IMG/VR virus record: IMGVR_UViG_638277085_000001
Span: 227,399 to 244,834 of that record
Reading direction: 5' to 3' (one strand)
Origin: a virus
Taxonomy: Duplodnaviria > Heunggongvirae > Uroviricota > Caudoviricetes > Straboviridae
Length of the DNA stretch: 17,436 nucleotides
Both the position numbers and the translations under genes were made by a program. Position 1 is the first letter of the stretch. Each line of letters opens with the position of its first letter. The notes beneath the pieces are model-generated. The model saw only the letters and a list, made by a program, of their open reading frames with translations. It had not been told where the DNA came from and made no database searches. Below are positions 13,627-17,436 of this stretch, in pieces.

Positions 13627-16600
13627 TTAAATTGCGTGACCGAATGTGAACTCCAGCACGCCTTGATTGTTTGTTGACATTCTTACAGAGCCAACTTGAA
13701 TGTAGTCTCTGTATTTAACGTTGTCACCAGTACCGCCATCTGGCGTGAACAAGTCAATTCGCTCAGATAGAGTCTTACCTGCACCAGCCGATAGAGCTTG
13801 GTGTGGGTCTGAAGCATTCACTGGGTCTGCTGTACGTACATCACTTGTTACTTGAACAATACCTGGGTTCGTACGACTTGACTTGATTAGTCGGTCGTTC
13901 GAGATCGTACCGCTCGTGATGTTCTCACCTGAGTGATTGTGACTATTGTCGTTAACTTGCACGTTTGTAGAAACGTTTCCGCTTCCGTCAATTGTGAAGT
14001 TACCAGTCAAGTCGCCAGTGAACGTCACTGTACGCGCTGTAACCCACTTCTCAGCCGCTTTTGCTACGTTATTGATACCCAAGTACTTCTGACGAAGTGT
14101 ACCTGCTGCTGGGCTTGAATAAGTCCCGTATGTTGCATCAACGTTTGCGCTTGATTCGTTTTCAGTAACTGTGCTACCGAAAGTCGCACCACTTGCTTGT
14201 GTAGTATAACCAGACGAATTAACTTGCCAGCGAACAAAATCAGCCGCGCCTTGAATCGAGAACGTAGCAGTTGATGAAGCACCGCTTCCCCCGACGCGAA
14301 TGCGGGGAGCAGAATCAAACCAATCTAGCTTAACAATATCACCAGTCGGTGCATTCTGTACTTGAAGCCAGCCACCTGCATTAATTTCGACGTTTTTAGC
14401 ATTGAACGTATAAGTTCCGTTGATCGTTTGATTAATATCACGACGAGCAAACTGAGTACTGTCTAAACCATCTAGCAATTCTGAGTCATCAGCCTTTGCA
14501 TTCAATGGCAAGTAGTTGCGCAATGCATAATTCAAGCTGTACGGCGTAACTGCATACGGTGTACGCAAGTAAGCTGTATATGCTTGAGTTGAACCGTCAG
14601 TGCTGTTACCAACGAATGTTTCTGCTGGCGTAGCTAGACGAACAACACCGAAGCGTGTTTCATCAGAACGTGAATTCGTAGAAGTACGAGTCCAACGAAG
14701 CAAGTCTTTTGGCGATACGTAAACTGGTGTGTTATCAACGCCACCGATTGTCGCAGTGTCAATTTCAGCATTTGTTGCACGACGTGCAAGACCGTATTGT
14801 GTTTCAGTGGCACGACGGCGATCAAGTGTCAATGGTGTGACAATTTTATCGGCTGCTGCTGCTGTGCCGTCCCAAGACGTACCGTTCCACGTTTGCTGAA
14901 CTTTAGCTTCTGTTTCAGTCGCTGTTTCTAGGGTACCGCGTTGCGTTGTTGTTGCCAGTGCGATTTCTAGATTGATGCCGTTCCAAATGTCACCTGTATG
15001 TGAGATACCCGATACGCCGTAACCCGCGCCTTGAGCAACGCCATCACTAGTAAAGTGATCGTATGCAAGCCATGTTGCAACTTTCAGAGGCGTAACTATA
15101 CGTGTATCATCAGTCCCTGCGTCAACTTCGACTTGAGTTGCAATCTCAGCAACACCGCGACGAGATTCAGTCGCTGTACGACTGTTTAATGTCTCAGGTG
15201 TAACGAAAACAGTTGTCCACGCTTCACCTGTCCCGCTGATTGCGTTTGTTTCAGCTTGAGTTGCTGAACGTGCAATACCGCGAATTGTTGAGCTTGCTTT
15301 CCACGCTGCTAATTTCTTAGGCGTGATGATTGCATCATCAACTGTTGAGTCGTTTACACGAAGCTCAGTGCTCTTAGCAACCCATAGAGTACCCGGTTGG
15401 TTCTCAGTAGCTCGATATTCATCAAGCATTTTCGGAGTTACAATGCGAAGATGATCAGTTTTGTCATATACAGTATCAACAACACCGTTAACTGTTCTGT
15501 CAGAACGCATATTTGCAGTGGAAGCTACTGTGCCATTAGCGTTAATGTTGTTTGACGCCTTGACAAGTTCTGCAACGCCTGTTAAATTCTCTTCCGCTTG
15601 CGCAGCATGAAACTTCTTAGGCGTGATCACTTGCACATCGTTAGTTGTGCTACGTGTTTCAGTCTGTGTCGCAATTTCAACAACACCGCGACGTGTTTCA
15701 GTTGCTGTACGAGCGTTCAAGCTTCTCGGCGTGATCATGATGTCATGACGGAATGCACTATCTGGGTAGCGAACTAACGCGCCAGAACGTGATTCTTCAA
15801 GTGCTTCATCAACACCAAGAGTCGCGATACGAGCCATACCGACTTGATCTTCGGCTGCACGACGTGCATCTAAAGTTTCAACGGTAATTACGTGATCTTT
15901 CAACGGACTCTGATCAGCCCATGGTTTTGCAACATCTTCTGGATGTGCATATTCAATGCCGTGAGCTAGAGCCTCAGTTGGGTCAGCTAGTGGCACGATA
16001 CCCGGACGTTTTCGGTGAAGTTCATCTGCAATGTCGATACGAGTTGCAATGTTACCGAATGACCATACTTTACGAGTTCCGTCATAGTACAGTACGAATG
16101 AGTAACCGCTGTCATAGTCGCTAATATCGAACGATTCTACGAAGAATGGAACGAAATCGACGTAATGACGATATTTTTGATAACGGTAAGTCTCGAAGTC
16201 CAAGAATACTTTGTATTCATCTGGGCCGTGACCTGGGTCATCATCACCAAAATTCGGGTGAACTTGAACTGTTACAGGTTTGTGCGCAGTCTTGTTGTGT
16301 GAAATCTCGATCCAGTCACCATCAACTGGTTTTTCTGGTAGCGTGATTGTCATTGCACTAACTGCATCAGCGATTTCAATCGCGTAACGAGTACGTGGTT
16401 TTAGCGTAACTGCACTTGATTCACCCACATAGTTCCACAAATGCGGGTTGTTCGCAATAGTGATAACCCAAACGCCAGTGCCGTTGTCATCAATAAACGT
16501 GATGTCAGCTCCACCTATTGTGTCTAAGCTGATTACTGCACTGCGATCACCTGAAACAGGGTCTTGAACAACCTGACCTACTGCTGTTGGTCGAACGCCG

Positions 16601-17397
16601 ATTTGAATTGTCGTTTGACTTTCAAGATATGCAACATCTTTAAGATGAATTGTATCGCCCACGTTCGGGTGTAGCGGTAGAGAGATCGCGATTGTTTTTA
16701 CTGAACCTTCGTATGTGACAGTTTCACCTACGTTCGTAAAGTAACCACCAGTAGTTAGATAGCCACCTTGTTGACTTGGATGGCTGTCATCTAGGTACGT
16801 GTGGTATAGTTGCTGTTCAATTTGATACGTCCATGCAATCCCGTTGTACACAAGATAAATTGTACTGTTCGGGCGATTGAATGATAGACTTGCATCAGAT
16901 TGAATTCCGCCATTAATGCCATACGACTGAATAGTTAGACCGCCTGCTGCTGCAATCGTACATGGGTAAGTCGATAGAATACCGCGCCCATCTTTGATTG
17001 TAACAGTATCGCCGGTTAATGGCGTTTCTGGTAGTGTAATTGTAATTGCTGAACTAGCTGTCAACCATAATAAGTCACCTACGTTTGCACCAACTGAAGA
17101 ATCTGTATCTTCCCACTCTGGGTCGGTACGCATCTTCTTCCACTTCTGTGGGTCAAATGGTTCGGGCGCGGTGATTTCAATGATGTTTTTGTAGAGACGT
17201 TGGTTAAATTCAACGATGAAATCTACTTTGTAGTGCGCTCGTGATGGATCATACTCTTGAACAGTGTTTTCATCAATGAAGTAGCCTTGGTTAATACCGT
17301 CGAGCAATTCATCTACTCGTGGGTTTGCTACGTTAATTACATTTTGACCACTTGCATCAAGACCTGACGCACGAAATGCTCTGCGGAATTCCGACAT
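13627..17397 (-). CDS. 34: Long tail fibre proximal subunit gp34
   Basis: 1256 aa, RBS AAGGAG. N-terminus MSEFRRAFRASGLDASGQNVINVA...ENTVQEYDPSR...MRTDPEW matches T4 gp34. Also LP-x2-P-x2-GD repeats and ATETRRGVVEIATQ repeats. Confidence 0.95.
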   Translation of the reverse strand: MSEFRRAFRASGLDASGQNVINVANPRVDELLDGINQGYFIDENTVQEYDPSRAHYKVDFIVEFNQRLYKNIIEITAPEPFDPQKWKKMRTDPEWEDTDSSVGANVGDLLWLTASSAITITLPETPLTGDTVTIKDGRGILSTYPCTIAAAGGLTIQSYGINGGIQSDASLSFNRPNSTIYLVYNGIAWTYQIEQQLYHTYLDDSHPSQQGGYLTTGGYFTNVGETVTYEGSVKTIAISLPLHPNVGDTIHLKDVAYLESQTTIQIGVRPTAVGQVVQDPVSGDRSAVISLDTIGGADITFIDDNGTGVWVITIANNPHLWNYVGESSAVTLKPRTRYAIEIADAVSAMTITLPEKPVDGDWIEISHNKTAHKPVTVQVHPNFGDDDPGHGPDEYKVFLDFETYRYQKYRHYVDFVPFFVESFDISDYDSGYSFVLYYDGTRKVWSFGNIATRIDIADELHRKRPGIVPLADPTEALAHGIEYAHPEDVAKPWADQSPLKDHVITVETLDARRAAEDQVGMARIATLGVDEALEESRSGALVRYPDSAFRHDIMITPRSLNARTATETRRGVVEIATQTETRSTTNDVQVITPKKFHAAQAEENLTGVAELVKASNNINANGTVASTANMRSDRTVNGVVDTVYDKTDHLRIVTPKMLDEYRATENQPGTLWVAKSTELRVNDSTVDDAIITPKKLAAWKASSTIRGIARSATQAETNAISGTGEAWTTVFVTPETLNSRTATESRRGVAEIATQVEVDAGTDDTRIVTPLKVATWLAYDHFTSDGVAQGAGYGVSGISHTGDIWNGINLEIALATTTQRGTLETATETEAKVQQTWNGTSWDGTAAAADKIVTPLTLDRRRATETQYGLARRATNAEIDTATIGGVDNTPVYVSPKDLLRWTRTSTNSRSDETRFGVVRLATPAETFVGNSTDGSTQAYTAYLRTPYAVTPYSLNYALRNYLPLNAKADDSELLDGLDSTQFARRDINQTINGTYTFNAKNVEINAGGWLQVQNAPTGDIVKLDWFDSAPRIRVGGSGASSTATFSIQGAADFVRWQVNSSGYTTQASGATFGSTVTENESSANVDATYGTYSSPAAGTLRQKYLGINNVAKAAEKWVTARTVTFTGDLTGNFTIDGSGNVSTNVQVNDNSHNHSGENITSGTISNDRLIKSSRTNPGIVQVTSDVRTADPVNASDPHQALSAGAGKTLSERIDLFTPDGGTGDNVKYRDYIQVGSVRMSTNNQGVLEFTFGHAI
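14630..15870 (-). repeat. gp34 shaft repeats (protein level, approximate limits)
   Basis: About 9 imperfect A-T-E-x3-G-x2-(E/R)-x-A-T-x2-E units, e.g. ATETRRGVVEIATQTE, ATESRRGVAEIATQVE, ATETQYGLARRATNAE, SDETRFGVVRLATPAE. Confidence 0.8.
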
Positions 17398-17436
17398 TTC
17401 ATTGCTCCTTTGTTTAGATATGCAATTCGCTATGTT

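Noticed and set aside
11686-13719. Internal late-promoter-like matches TATAAATG (11686-11693) and GTTAAATA (13712-13719) on the minus strand
   Set aside because: Imperfect matches inside coding DNA at a frequency expected by chance.
13060-17194. Short alternative-frame or antisense ORFs inside genes 34 and 35
   Set aside because: Nested in long conserved structural genes, with no RBS or protein-like features.
1-17436. tRNA/rRNA genes, introns, inteins, homing endonucleases, transposases
   Set aside because: None seen. Intergenic gaps are short and explained, uvsW, uvsY and gene 34 are uninterrupted, and there is no seg/mob-type gene between inh and uvsW.

Overview
A 17.4-kb segment of a large T4-like myovirus genome with no host genes. 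Gene content and the very large gp35 most resemble Vibrio KVP40/nt-1-type Schizotequatrovirus (inference, not a database result). The right part is the conserved T4 core: inh <- | uvsW -> | <- uvsY.-2 ... uvsY | <- gene 35 <- gene 34. It carries TATAAATA-type late promoters, a GTTTAC/TATACT promoter for uvsY, and UUCG-loop terminators. The left part (~1-7.9 kb) is accessory. It holds a fibre-like protein with two N-terminal fibritin-foldon motifs, three Inh-family paralogues, and alternating late and early cassettes. Several late ORFs begin with capsid-targeting-like (gp21-cleavable) leaders. One has a domain resembling the N-terminus of phosphorothioation (Dnd)-associated methyltransferases, and another may have a RelE/HigB-like C-terminus. 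Together they suggest a set of capsid-packaged, injected effectors. Other notable elements are a 5x ACTAA array with 9-bp period upstream of the uvsY promoter (candidate origin), a gp35 with a split fibrinogen-like domain enclosing a probable carbohydrate-binding module, and two short ORFs (36 and 57 aa) missing from the ORF track. All family assignments come from recalled motifs and need HMM or structure confirmation.
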